Of a stretch of 32,000 bases of DNA, positions 19,961 to 32,000 are shown piece after piece; position 1 is the stretch's first letter, and each line of letters begins with the position of its first letter. The notes under the pieces were generated by a model. The model made no database searches. It was not told the origin of the DNA and was given only the letters and a program-made list of their open reading frames with translations. The stretch comes from Blochmannia endosymbiont of Camponotus modoc (lineage in GTDB: Bacteria; Pseudomonadota; Gammaproteobacteria; Enterobacterales; Enterobacteriaceae). The translations under genes were made by a program, and so were the position numbers. Where the stretch lies: the NCBI RefSeq assembly GCF_023585785.1, contig NZ_CP097765.1, forward strand, positions 540,001 to 572,000, written 5' to 3'.

Positions 19961-22048
19961 TTAAATCTGTAATAAAGAAATATCTGCTACCTTTAAAAAT
20001 AAATTTTTAACCTTATTTAGCAAAGTTAATCGATTAATTCTTACATTTTCATTTTCATCCATAATTATAACATTATCAAAAAATGCATTTACTGCACTTA
20101 TTATTGTTATAACAACAGTTAGTGCATCATAATAACGATGGTGCATACACAGTACCTGTAGCCTCTTTTCTATCGAAATCACCTCCATGGCTAAACATAT
20201 TTCTTCTGGCATTTTTAATAAAAAATATTGCACATCCTCATTATAAGATATTTTCTTTTTTAATAGTATATTAGATATGCGTTTATAAATTAAATTTAAT
20301 TTAATATTTTCCTCTTTTTGTAATCCAAAAAAATCAGTAACTGCTTGTATTCGGGCATCGATATCTACTACGCTATCAGATTTAACACTTAAAACTGCTT
20401 TAATAACATCTAGTTTATAACCTCTTGAGAGATACCAGGAAAACAAGCGATTATACATAAAATTATGAATATCATTAATAACTGTCGCATTAATTAATTG
20501 TGAACCATATAATTTCACTGACTTTTGTATTAGATCAAATAAATTTATTGGTAATTTTTTATACATAAGAATACGCAAAATTCCAATTGCAGATCTTTTT
20601 AAAGCAAACGGATCTCTATTACCTTTCGGTAATTCTTTAACACCAAATATACCTGATATAGTATCCATTTTATCTGCGATAGATACAGCACAAGAAATAT
20701 GAGTAGTAGGAAGTTTATCCTTAGAAAAACGTGGTTGATAATGTTCCTTTTGTGCTAATGCTATTTCTTCTGACTCACCATCACGGAGAGCATAATGCAT
20801 ACCAATAGTTCCTTGAGTTGAAGGAAACTCAAATACCATATTGCTCATTAAATCACACTTACACAAATACCCAGCGCGTCTCGTTTGTTCTATATCTATA
20901 CCTATTTTCTCAGCAATCCATCCAGATAATTCTTCTATACGCCAACTTTTATCACGCAAAGTACCAAGCCTGCTATGAAATAGCACAGAATTTAATTTAG
21001 GTATATAATCTTCTAAACGACATTTATTATCTTGCATTAAAAAAAACTCTGCATCCATTAAACGTGGCATTATCACATTTTCATGTCCATCAATAATTTT
21101 CTTATAGTTATCTGAAATCGTATTCGATACGAAAATAAAATACGGTAATAAAACTCCATCTATAACATTATATACCGGAAAATACTTTTGATCATATCTC
21201 ATAATATGAAGTATTACTTCACGTGGTAATACCAAAAATTTATTATTAAATTGACCAGAAAGAATTACAGGCCATTCTACTAGCGAAGTAACTTCTTCTA
21301 GTAAACTTTTTTCATCCTGAACATCTACAAATCCCCCAAGTTTTCTAGCTTCTTTTTCTATCTCTACACATATGGTATTTTTACGTGTATCGTAATCTGC
21401 TATTACCCAACCATTTTTAATCAAAACATCTGGATAATGATCTGCATGTTCAAGAGTAATTTTATCGTCTTCCATACATCTATTACCATGCAATACACGA
21501 TCTGTTTTTATACCAAAAAAATAACCCGGAATAAGATATGTATCTAACAATATAGTCACAGTACGAACAGGGCGAACAAATGGAATATCTATATCGCTCC
21601 AACGCATCATTTCATAATTATTTAATTTCTCTAAAGCGGAACTAATAATCTTACACAATAAATATTTTAAATTTTTATGTATTGCTACATTTTTATCGCA
21701 TTCCAATATTCTTTGAAAATTATTAACGCATACACCACTTCTAATCTTTATATTATTAACTATATGATTGATTTGAGTATCTGCATTATTAATATATTTA
21801 TCATATGTATCACCAGTATCTGATTGATCAACACATTCAATATTAGTATTAAAATCACTTTTTATTATTAAATTAGCCTTGACTGCTAAACGAAATGAAG
21901 ATGCAAACCAATTAACCTTATCGTAAACAAAATTATTTTTTTTAAACCCATTAATAATTTGATAAAAAAAGTCTTTTCCTAATTTTTTTAAAATTTTAGA
22001 TGGTAACGATTCAGTACCAATCTCTACTAAAAAAGTACATACTTTCAT
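19961..22048 (-). CDS. glyS: glycyl-tRNA synthetase beta subunit
   Basis: 695 aa, similar to the roughly 690-aa beta subunit of E. coli, lying immediately downstream of glyQ (23-bp gap, AAGGA SD). The N-terminal FLVEIGTESLP motif is typical of GlyS, and the operon structure glyQ-glyS is conserved. Confidence 0.95.
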   Translation of the reverse strand: MKVCTFLVEIGTESLPSKILKKLGKDFFYQIINGFKKNNFVYDKVNWFASSFRLAVKANLIIKSDFNTNIECVDQSDTGDTYDKYINNADTQINHIVNNIKIRSGVCVNNFQRILECDKNVAIHKNLKYLLCKIISSALEKLNNYEMMRWSDIDIPFVRPVRTVTILLDTYLIPGYFFGIKTDRVLHGNRCMEDDKITLEHADHYPDVLIKNGWVIADYDTRKNTICVEIEKEARKLGGFVDVQDEKSLLEEVTSLVEWPVILSGQFNNKFLVLPREVILHIMRYDQKYFPVYNVIDGVLLPYFIFVSNTISDNYKKIIDGHENVIMPRLMDAEFFLMQDNKCRLEDYIPKLNSVLFHSRLGTLRDKSWRIEELSGWIAEKIGIDIEQTRRAGYLCKCDLMSNMVFEFPSTQGTIGMHYALRDGESEEIALAQKEHYQPRFSKDKLPTTHISCAVSIADKMDTISGIFGVKELPKGNRDPFALKRSAIGILRILMYKKLPINLFDLIQKSVKLYGSQLINATVINDIHNFMYNRLFSWYLSRGYKLDVIKAVLSVKSDSVVDIDARIQAVTDFFGLQKEENIKLNLIYKRISNILLKKKISYNEDVQYFLLKMPEEICLAMEVISIEKRLQVLCMHHRYYDALTVVITIISAVNAFFDNVIIMDENENVRINRLTLLNKVKNLFLKVADISLLQI

Positions 22049-22071
22049 TATAAAATTATCCTTGCATTATA

Positions 22072-22986
22072 TTATAATTTCCTCATACACATAGGAAATC
22101 CTAATTTTCTACGAGATGCATAGTAAGCTTCTGCTATCATTTTTGATAATTTGCGAATACGTAAAATATAATTTTTTCTTTCTGTAATGGAAATTACTTT
22201 CCTAGCATTTAATAAATTAAAAATATGTATTGCTTTTAAAACTCGTTCATATGCTGGCATAAGTAATGGTTGTGTCATAGTAATTAAATATTTTATCTCA
22301 TTTTCATATTGACTAAAAATTTTAAATAAAAATTCAATATCCGTATGCTCGCAATTATAAATTGATTGTTCCAATTCATTTTGACGGAATAAATCTCCAT
22401 ACGTAACAGGCCCTAATGAACTATAACTCCAAACCAAATCATAAACATGATTTACTTCTTGTAAGAATAAAGATAAACGTTCTAAACCATAGGTTATTTC
22501 TCCAGTAACAGGTCTGCATTCTAATCCACCTATTTGCTGAAAATAAGTAAGTTGTGTTATCTCCATGCCATTCAACCAAACTTCCCAACCTAATCCCCAT
22601 GCTCCAAGAGTAGGGTTTTCCCAATTATCTTCAACAAAAAAAATATCATTTTTTATGTGATTTAATCCAATTCTTTTTAAAGAATTTAAATATAATTGCA
22701 GCATATTTTTTGGAGAAGGTTTTATAATTACTTGAAACTGATAATATTGTTGTAATCTATTTGGATTGTGACCATATCGACTATCCATCGGTCGGCGAGA
22801 TACTTGAACATAAGAGGCAGCAACAGGTTCTGGGCCAATAGCATTAAAAAAAGTCATAGGATGTGAAGTAGCTGCTCCAACTTCTATATCTAATGGTTGA
22901 GCTATAATACAACCGCAGCCTTCCCAATAACTTTCTAATGCCCGTATTAGCCCTTGAAAAGTTTTTGTATCATTGTTATCGTACAT
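22072..22986 (-). CDS. glyQ: glycyl-tRNA synthetase alpha subunit
   Basis: 304 aa. TFQGLI..L..YW...[81 protein letters not shown] are almost identical to E. coli GlyQ. Confidence 0.98.
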   Translation of the reverse strand: MYDNNDTKTFQGLIRALESYWEGCGCIIAQPLDIEVGAATSHPMTFFNAIGPEPVAASYVQVSRRPMDSRYGHNPNRLQQYYQFQVIIKPSPKNMLQLYLNSLKRIGLNHIKNDIFFVEDNWENPTLGAWGLGWEVWLNGMEITQLTYFQQIGGLECRPVTGEITYGLERLSLFLQEVNHVYDLVWSYSSLGPVTYGDLFRQNELEQSIYNCEHTDIEFLFKIFSQYENEIKYLITMTQPLLMPAYERVLKAIHIFNLLNARKVISITERKNYILRIRKLSKMIAEAYYASRRKLGFPMCMRKL

Positions 22987-23428
22987 TTTATTTTATCTAT
23001 TTTAAAAAATCATTGTGGTTCCACATCTATCTATAATAATAATTATTCATGAATTATTATTAACAACATTTATAATGTAATGAAAACTGAATCTATATTT
23101 ACAGAAAATAATTGCTATCATGTAACTAAAAATATTTTAAACTAAAAAATCAGTATGTATTATACATGTATAGAGGATCATAAAATACCAATACTTATAT
23201 TTTTATATCTATCAGTATTAGGTATTATTTTTTTTACACATATATATAATTATAAAATATGTTTAAAACAAATTATTTAAAACACATTGATTCTACATCG
23301 GATTTATAAATACGCTATATAAACAAAATAAATAATCCATATACATATGTAATGAACACCATGGTTTTGTCCTTAATATTGATAAGAAATTGCATATTGC
23401 AGAAATCTACATACACTAGGATATAAAA

Positions 23429-24439
23429 ATGATTTCCCAAGAAACACCAACCATAATAATTTCTTATCTAATAATGTTTATTTTTATAATGATCGTGATA
23501 CCATTAGGTTTATTTCCTTGTTTTTTTTCTGGATTTTTAACTTACGAAATTATAGTATCTTTTGCGTCTTACTTTGAACGATTTATTGGAATAAATCGTG
23601 CTCGAGGGGTTGCAGTAGCATTCATTATTACAAGTATATCTATTGTTATAACTATAGGAATTATTAATTGTACTAATTTCTTCACAGAAGATATTAATAA
23701 AGTTACTATTTCTATTGAAATTAATAGAATTTTTTCTGATTTTAAAAAAAGACTTCCTGATTTTTTACCCTCTTTTTTACCAAATACTACTGAAGAACTA
23801 AAAGATCAAATATTTACTTGGATTGAGTCAAACTTAATTCTTATTCGAAATATGGGACATACTTTCCTACACGGATTGATTACTTTACTAGTAGGGGTAG
23901 TAGTTGGTGTTTTAGTATCTTGCTCTAAATCTACAAAACAACAACACACTCATGATACATTTTTTATTACTCAATTATCAGAACGTGTATATAATCTTTC
24001 TAGGGCGTTTCGTAACATTGTTTTTGCTCAAATTAAAATTTCTTCAGTGAATACATTATTAACATCTATTATAATTTTTGTTTTATTACCATTAATTGGG
24101 CAGTCTTTACCATTAGGAAAGACCTTAATTGTCATTACTTTTATTTTGGGTATGTTACCAATTATTGGTAATCTTATTTCCAATATCATGATTACTATTG
24201 CGGCTTTATCCATCTCATTAAGTGTCGGAGTAATGATGCTCATTTATTTAATATTAATTCATAAGTTAGAATATTTTCTTAATGCCGAAATTATTGGAAA
24301 TAAAATCAATGCTAACCCTTGGGAATTAATACTTTCAATGCTTTTACTAGAATCAATATTTGGATTAGAAGGCTTGATAGCAGCCCCAATTTTTTATGCT
24401 TATCTAAAAAATGAACTACGTTCAAAAAAATTAATCTAA
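23429..24439 (+). CDS. AI-2E / PerM (UPF0118) family inner-membrane permease
   Basis: 336 aa, polytopic and hydrophobic. The C-terminal signature of the family is present (IHKLEYFLNAEIIGNKINANPWELILSMLLLESIFGLEGLIAAPIFYAYLK; compare the family pattern Q.lE..ll.P...G....l.P........g..fG..G...a.P). I cannot assign it to a specific E. coli paralog (yhhT/perM/ydiK/tqsA) by eye. Confidence 0.75.
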   Translation: MISQETPTIIISYLIMFIFIMIVIPLGLFPCFFSGFLTYEIIVSFASYFERFIGINRARGVAVAFIITSISIVITIGIINCTNFFTEDINKVTISIEINRIFSDFKKRLPDFLPSFLPNTTEELKDQIFTWIESNLILIRNMGHTFLHGLITLLVGVVVGVLVSCSKSTKQQHTHDTFFITQLSERVYNLSRAFRNIVFAQIKISSVNTLLTSIIIFVLLPLIGQSLPLGKTLIVITFILGMLPIIGNLISNIMITIAALSISLSVGVMMLIYLILIHKLEYFLNAEIIGNKINANPWELILSMLLLESIFGLEGLIAAPIFYAYLKNELRSKKLI

Positions 24440-24596
24440 TATTTTGGTATAAAACTTATACATATAAGTAACTAATGACTAATTGAACATCGAAAAACTA
24501 CAAAAACAAACCGAGCTCCGTATATACAATTAATAAAGCCCGGCTTAACTATCACACACATTAACAACAAATAAATATAACAACAATAAGTTCATC

Positions 24597-25007
24597 CTAT
24601 TTAATTTCTATACGCCTTGGTTTTAATGTATCTGGCAAAATTCTCTCTAAATGTATATAAAGAATTCCATATTCCAAATTTGCACCTGTTATTTGAATGT
24701 GTTCAGATAATTGAAATTTTCTTTCAAAATTATGCTCAGTAATACCTTGATACAAATAATTTTTAGAATTTTGATGAGAATCAATATGTATTCCTTTTAC
24801 TACTAACATATTATCATGCATTGTAATATCCAACTCACTATTTGTAAAACCGGCTACTACAATAGAAATACAATATTTATGTTCACTAACTAACTCAACA
24901 TTATAAGGTGGATAATTTCCATTATTTTGTCCAATCTCCAAAAAATTCACTAATCTATCAAATCCAATGACAGATCCATACAACGGGGAAAAATCGAAAT
25001 TATGCAT
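24597..25007 (-). CDS. ibpA: small heat-shock protein IbpA (alpha-crystallin family)
   Basis: 136 aa. [21 protein letters not shown]...[38 protein letters not shown]...[17 protein letters not shown]...GANL..G.LYI.LER..P...KPRRIEI matches E. coli IbpA. SD AGGAG lies 9 nt upstream. Confidence 0.96.
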   Translation of the reverse strand: MHNFDFSPLYGSVIGFDRLVNFLEIGQNNGNYPPYNVELVSEHKYCISIVVAGFTNSELDITMHDNMLVVKGIHIDSHQNSKNYLYQGITEHNFERKFQLSEHIQITGANLEYGILYIHLERILPDTLKPRRIEIK

Positions 25008-25217
25008 ACATAATACTCCTAATCAAGTGTTTACTAATTTTTATATACAAAAGTAAATAAAGTTTAATTACTGTATCTTTTACTCTAATATCACCCACCT
25101 GTATTATAGTACTATTTGTGCCTATAATATCAATACATAATTACATAATAACAATCGATTGACTCACAAAACCATTTTTCTATATAAAATTCATATAAAA
25201 AAAATTATCTTTATAAT

Positions 25218-27668
<2,451 letters not shown>

Positions 27669-27944
27669 CTAATTTTTTCAAAAATACATATAACCAAAGA
27701 TAACTCCAATCGAACTATTATATTTACCAAATATACACGCATACATGCATACATAATTATTTCTCATGACGCAAAGATTTGTTTTTCATAAGAAAAGTAC
27801 ATTGATTTACATTTTTTAATTTTTAAATATCTAATCACGCAGATAATTTATATATTCTAGTATTATTGTTACTGTGTGCTATCAATCTAATCACAGTTAA
27901 TAGCATTTTAAAATACATGTTAGGTTACAATCTGTAAATCATTA

Positions 27945-29048
27945 TTATACCCGAATTGGCATGACGATATATGTTGCTCCATAACATTTCTCGGTGCCCT
28001 CAATTTGCACACTGGATATTTCATTTGTTAAATAAAACCGTAAAAACTGAGTATCCATTACCTGTAGAACATCGATCAAGTAATCTACATTAAAAGATAT
28101 TTTCATACTCTGTCCTGAATATAAAACATCTAAAATTTCTTCCGATGCTTCATGTTCAAAATTATGCGCGGTTATTTTTAATTGATTAGTAATTAATGTA
28201 AATCGAACGATACGAAGTTTTTCATTTGCAAGAATAGCTGCGCGTTTTAAAGACTGCCTCAAAATATCGCATTCTACTTCCAAAACATTTTTTGAACACT
28301 TTACAAAAACATCATGACAATTTGGAAACACAGCATCAATCAATTTAGAAGTAAAAGTATAATTCTCTGTCTCCATACGGAGATTATTATTATTTGTTTG
28401 AATATTAACTAATTTTTCTTTAACGTTTAACAAACGTAATATTTCGATAACTCCTTTACGAGGTATAATCGATGATTGATTGGGTAACAATAAATCCATA
28501 GTTATTTCACAACTTGCTAACCGATGCCCATCTGTTGCAACAATACGCAAAACATGTTCTTTAGTTTCAAACAATATACCATTTAAGCAATAACGTACAT
28601 CTTGATGGCCCATAGCAAATTGGGTTAATTCAATCATTTTTTTAAAAGTAGCCTGGGATATAACTAATTTTAGATTATTATCCCATTTTTCTAATTTAGG
28701 AAAATCTAACGAAGAAAACGTAGATAAATAAAATTTACTATATCCAGAACAAATAATCAGTTTTTTGTCTTTTGATACTATAGAAATTTTTGATGATTCA
28801 GACAAACTACGACAAATTTCAAAAAACTTACGCCCTGGTACTGTCACAGATTCAATGGAATATTTATTTTGTAATATAACGCGAACTGTTATCTCTATTT
28901 CTAAGTCTGTAGCAGTAATACATAAGCAATTATCATTAACTTCTAATAACACATGAGTTAATATAGGCATTCTTGGGCGTCCGCTAAGAATTCCCACGAC
29001 TTTTTGCAAAGGTTGATATAATAATTTCCTATCTATTACAAAATTCAT
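27945..29048 (-). CDS. dnaN: DNA polymerase III beta sliding clamp
   Basis: The ATG at 29048 (MNFVIDRKLLYQPLQKV.G.L.GRP.MPIL) gives 367 aa against 366 aa for E. coli DnaN. QATFKKMIELTQFAMGHQDVRYCLNGILFET, VATDGHRLA, IPRKGVIE, FTSKLID..FP, NQLKITAHN.E.E.SEEILDV.YSG and VMPIR match. The 21 extra N-terminal codons in the ORF track are unconserved. Confidence 0.96.
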   Translation of the reverse strand: MNFVIDRKLLYQPLQKVVGILSGRPRMPILTHVLLEVNDNCLCITATDLEIEITVRVILQNKYSIESVTVPGRKFFEICRSLSESSKISIVSKDKKLIICSGYSKFYLSTFSSLDFPKLEKWDNNLKLVISQATFKKMIELTQFAMGHQDVRYCLNGILFETKEHVLRIVATDGHRLASCEITMDLLLPNQSSIIPRKGVIEILRLLNVKEKLVNIQTNNNNLRMETENYTFTSKLIDAVFPNCHDVFVKCSKNVLEVECDILRQSLKRAAILANEKLRIVRFTLITNQLKITAHNFEHEASEEILDVLYSGQSMKISFNVDYLIDVLQVMDTQFLRFYLTNEISSVQIEGTEKCYGATYIVMPIRV

Positions 29049-29389
29049 AACTAAACTTAGTAAAACACAACATTTCAAATAATCACATGACGATGTCATA
29101 TCACTGTACAAATCTCAAACACATATCGCAACAGTATAATATATAAAATTGAAACATAAACACATTGACGCATTAAAAACTGAATAACACATTCATGCAA
29201 CTAATTACCTCCATTAGTACTATTCTTAACAAAATAATTATTATCGAACATGATAAAACAAACTTTAAATATTTTGACTTTATATACTATATCCTATAAT
29301 ATGGGTGTTAATTGTCAGCATATAATAATTAGATAACAACAATTAAAAATTTTATTATCATTATCAAATAAATATACAAGAATGTAAAT

Positions 29390-29542
29390 ATGAAACGCAC
29401 CTTTCAGCCTTCCATATTAAAACGTAATAGAACGCACGGGTTTAGAGTAAGAATGTCAAGAAGACAAGGCCGTAAAATATTATCAAGGCGTAGGTCTAAA
29501 AGGCGCGTTCGATTGGTTGTATCTGTTTTAAACATTCACTAA
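29390..29542 (+). CDS. rpmH: 50S ribosomal protein L34
   Basis: Not in the ORF track because it is under 60 aa. The ATG at 29390 translates to [50 protein letters not shown] with stop TAA at 29540-29542. The first roughly 44 residues match E. coli L34 ([46 protein letters not shown]). It lies immediately upstream of rnpA, as in nearly all bacteria. Confidence 0.95.
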   Translation: MKRTFQPSILKRNRTHGFRVRMSRRQGRKILSRRRSKRRVRLVVSVLNIH

Positions 29543-29562
29543 AATTTTATTAGTACAACCAA

Positions 29563-29910
29563 ATGAATAGAAAATTTTTACCTAAACGGGCACGCTTGTT
29601 AAATTTAAACGAATTTGTTTTTGTATTTCAAAAGCCAGAACGCATTAAAACAACTGGAATTACTTTGTTCAGTCGATCCAATCGATTAGGATATCCTCGC
29701 ATTGGGCTAGCTATCTCAAAAAAATATGTTAAGTACGCTCATGAACGCAATAGAATAAAGAGGCATATTCGTGAAACTTTTCGTACATATCAACATAACT
29801 TATTAGCCAAAGACTTTGTTCTAACTATTCACTCAAAAGAGATTATTCATTACAAAAATAAAACGTTGATACAAGAGCTCGAAAAATTATGGTATCACCA
29901 TTTGTGTTAA
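29563..29910 (+). CDS. rnpA: RNase P protein component
   Basis: 115 aa. F.FVFQKPER, GYPRIGLAISKKYVKYAHERNRIKRHIRETFR (the RNR motif) and LEKLW.HH match E. coli RnpA (119 aa). Confidence 0.95.
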   Translation: MNRKFLPKRARLLNLNEFVFVFQKPERIKTTGITLFSRSNRLGYPRIGLAISKKYVKYAHERNRIKRHIRETFRTYQHNLLAKDFVLTIHSKEIIHYKNKTLIQELEKLWYHHLC

Positions 29911-30152
29911 TAGAAAAAAGCATAATATGGCTGATATATGGATACCAAATCAGTATTAGTCCTATATTGGGTCATCATTGTCGTTTTCAAAAAACATGTT
30001 CTCAATACGGGGTGGAATCAATACGTAAATTCGGAGTATTACGAGGTATCTGGATGACATGTATTCGTATATTGCAATGCCATCCTTTAACTGTAAATAA
30101 CAATGAAAATTTTAAATATTATTCACATTCACATATTCAGGACATAATCAAC
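29889..30152 (+). CDS. yidD: membrane protein insertion efficiency factor YidD, with no stop codon of its own (reads in frame into yidC)
   Basis: The ATG at 29889 overlaps the rnpA 3' end by 22 nt. IIWLIYGYQISISPILGHHCRFQKTCSQYGVESIRKFGVLRGIWMTCIRILQCHPL matches E. coli YidD ([56 protein letters not shown]). After the conserved domain, 21 unconserved codons lead directly into the yidC ATG at 30153 with no intervening stop. The ORF track shows one 639-aa ORF, 29889-31808. Confidence 0.8.
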
Positions 30153-31808
30153 ATGGATTCGCAACGTAATTTCTTTGTGATAGCTTTTTTAATTATGTCG
30201 TTTATACTATGGCAAATATGGCAAACAGAGTATCATCAAAGCACTAATATCCCAAAAATAAATATACATGAAAATACATATCCACTAATTCGTTCTGAAG
30301 ATAATGATGAAATAAAATATATACATCATAAAAGTCATGTGATTACAGTAAAAACAGATGTGTTGTTACTCAAAATAAATACTTATGGAGGAGATATCGA
30401 AGAAGCATATCTCGTGAATTATTTAGAGAATTTACATTCTACAGAACCTTTTCATCTATTAAGTACATCACAAGCATTTACATATCAAACAAACATCGGA
30501 CTAATAAACGAAAATATACCGGGTCAATCATATAATAATAAAAAATTTATATACACTACCGCAACTGATAAAAGTATGTACACCATACCAAAAAATGAAG
30601 ATAAATTACAATTAACTTTAACACATTACGCTTCCGATGGGATTACATATACTAAGAATTATATTTTTAACAGAAATGACTACTCCATATATGTATTCTA
30701 TACCGTAAATAATATGAGCACTTATCCATTAAAAATTAAGTTGTTTGGTAATATAGTACAATCCGAACATTATCCCAAATTACATAATAACAGCGATAAC
30801 GGAGATAATTTTCCTTTATACTCTTATCGAGGACCAGCATATTCTACTGATAAAAAAAAATATCAAAAATACAGCTTTAAAGATATAAAAAATATGAATT
30901 TAAACATTAATACCTCTAAAGGTTGGATAGCAATGTCACAAAAATATTTTGCGACAGCTTGGATACCCCTTACTCAAGGAAATAATACATTTTATACTAC
31001 CTACCATGATAATAATAGTGCTTCTATAGGTTTTCAATCTGATTCAATATATCTCCCGATAGGAGAAACAGGTAAATTTCAATCTATATTATGGATAGGC
31101 CCAAAAATTCAAGAAAAGATGAAAGCAATAGCTCCAAATTTAGATCTATTAGTTGACTACGGATGGTTGTGGTTTATTTCTCAACCATTGTTTCAATTAT
31201 TGAGTTTTATTTACAGTTACATAGAAAATTGGGGTATATCTATTATTATTATAACATTAATTATACGTCTAACCATGTATCCTTTAACTAAAGCACAATA
31301 TACTTCTATGGCAAAAATACGCATGCTACAACCTAAATTATCTATAATACAAGAAGAATATAAACACGATAAATATCAATACCATCAAAAAACTATAGAA
31401 TTATATAAGTTAGAAAAAGTGAATCCATTGGGGGGATGCCTACCTTTATTAATCCAAATGCCAATATTCTTAGCTTTATATTATATGTTATCAGGTTCTG
31501 TAGAATTAAGGCATGCTGAATTTGCTTTCTGGATTCATGATTTATCTGCTCAGGATCCTTATTACATACTACCGATATTAATGGGAATTACTATGTTTTT
31601 TATACAAAAAATGTCGCCTACTACAATTACTGATGCGATACAGAAAAAAATGATGACTATCATGTTAATCATTTTTACTATATTTTTTTTATGGTTCCCA
31701 TCTGGTTTAGTATTATATTATATAGTAAGCAATATAATCACCATTATTCAACAATACATGATTTATCGAGAACTAGAAAAACAAGGATTACACAATAAAA
31801 ATAACTAA
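30153..31808 (+). CDS. yidC: membrane protein insertase YidC
   Basis: From the ATG at 30153 the product is 551 aa, against 548 aa for E. coli YidC. MDSQRNFFVIAFLIMSFILWQIW, VKTDVL.L.IN..GGD.E, DYGWLWFISQPLFQLL, MYPLTKAQYTSMAKIRMLQPK, EKVNPLGGCLPLLIQMPIFLALYYML and FWIHDLSAQDPYYILPILMGITMFFIQKMSP are near-identical to E. coli. AGGA lies 10 nt upstream of this ATG, so independent initiation is plausible. Confidence 0.96.
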   Translation: MDSQRNFFVIAFLIMSFILWQIWQTEYHQSTNIPKINIHENTYPLIRSEDNDEIKYIHHKSHVITVKTDVLLLKINTYGGDIEEAYLVNYLENLHSTEPFHLLSTSQAFTYQTNIGLINENIPGQSYNNKKFIYTTATDKSMYTIPKNEDKLQLTLTHYASDGITYTKNYIFNRNDYSIYVFYTVNNMSTYPLKIKLFGNIVQSEHYPKLHNNSDNGDNFPLYSYRGPAYSTDKKKYQKYSFKDIKNMNLNINTSKGWIAMSQKYFATAWIPLTQGNNTFYTTYHDNNSASIGFQSDSIYLPIGETGKFQSILWIGPKIQEKMKAIAPNLDLLVDYGWLWFISQPLFQLLSFIYSYIENWGISIIIITLIIRLTMYPLTKAQYTSMAKIRMLQPKLSIIQEEYKHDKYQYHQKTIELYKLEKVNPLGGCLPLLIQMPIFLALYYMLSGSVELRHAEFAFWIHDLSAQDPYYILPILMGITMFFIQKMSPTTITDAIQKKMMTIMLIIFTIFFLWFPSGLVLYYIVSNIITIIQQYMIYRELEKQGLHNKNN

Positions 31809-31883
31809 TAAAAATATTCAAAAAAAATTTATAACTCAAGTATATCTTCACATTGTAATATGTTTTAAAGTAAAATAAAAATT

Positions 31884-32000
31884 ATGAGCTATACAATAGA
31901 TACAGTAGTTGCTATTTCCACACCTCCAGGCCGTGGAGGTATTGGAATCATACGAATATCTGGAAAATCAGTTCCTGAAATTGCTCATAAATTGTTAGGA
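31884..32000 (+). CDS. mnmE: tRNA modification GTPase MnmE (TrmE), 3'-truncated by window edge
   Basis: The ATG at 31884 translates to [39 protein letters not shown]. This matches the E. coli MnmE N-terminus ([22 protein letters not shown]). Its position downstream of yidC is the conserved one. Confidence 0.9.
   Translation, partial: MSYTIDTVVAISTPPGRGGIGIIRISGKSVPEIAHKLLG

Noticed and set aside
25103-25133. Sigma70-like promoter for ibpA (minus strand TTGATA-19 nt-TATAAT), plus a search for a sigma32 heat-shock promoter
   Set aside because: The 19-nt spacer is suboptimal, and TATAAT-like hexamers are abundant by chance at this AT content. No CTTGAA/CCCCAT-type sigma32 promoter is visible on the correct strand; the CACCCACC at 25092-25099 is on the wrong strand. 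There is not enough support to call a feature.
25152-25161. Perfect 10-nt palindrome CAATCGATTG downstream of gyrB, and other 8-10-bp inverted repeats (e.g. 12054-12080, 16176-16201, 16437-16451)
   Set aside because: By rough expectation, many palindromes and hairpins of this size occur by chance in 32 kb of about 70+ percent AT DNA. None has a flanking U-tract or other supporting context.
29274-29300. TTGACT ... TATAAT upstream of rpmH as a promoter
   Set aside because: The spacer is only 15 nt (17 nt if TAATAT is used as the -10). In a spacer this AT-rich such matches are not specific. It is plausible but unsupported without transcript mapping.

Overview
The window looks like ordinary core chromosome from a strongly reduced, very AT-rich gamma-proteobacterial (Enterobacterales-derived) genome. 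It most resembles an obligate insect endosymbiont of the Blochmannia/Wigglesworthia type; that organism call is an inference from composition, gene content and gene order. I recognise 24 protein genes, two of them cut by the window edges, and one tRNA. Every protein gene is a clear ortholog of an E. coli housekeeping gene. In order they are: holC(partial)-valS-argI-ridA on +; gltP, yjcE, ssb, dnaB on -; zur on +; ubiA on -; pitA on +; prlC and tRNA-Pro(CGG) on -; sodA on +; glyS-glyQ on -; an AI-2E/PerM-family permease on +; ibpA, gyrB, dnaN on -; rpmH-rnpA-yidD-yidC-mnmE(partial) on +. rpmH is missing from the ORF track because it is under 60 aa. I see no CRISPR array, transposase, integrase, phage gene, toxin-antitoxin pair or defence-type gene, so I do not think the window holds a novel multi-gene system. 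Six observations merit a second look. (1) dnaA and recF are missing from the conserved rpmH/dnaA-dnaN-recF-gyrB locus. (2) yidD has no stop codon and reads in frame into yidC, predicting a YidD-YidC fusion. (3) A 22-bp perfect inverted repeat sits in the sodA/glyS convergent spacer. (4) The 696-bp gltP-yjcE spacer holds a canonical minus-strand intrinsic terminator about 430 nt from the nearest upstream gene, together with promoter-like hexamers and a 23-codon hydrophobic ORF. (5) ubiA has no ubiC next to it. (6) About one fifth of the window is long, ORF-free, AT-rich spacer. All calls rest on reading the translations against remembered E. coli protein sequences and motifs. No database search was run.
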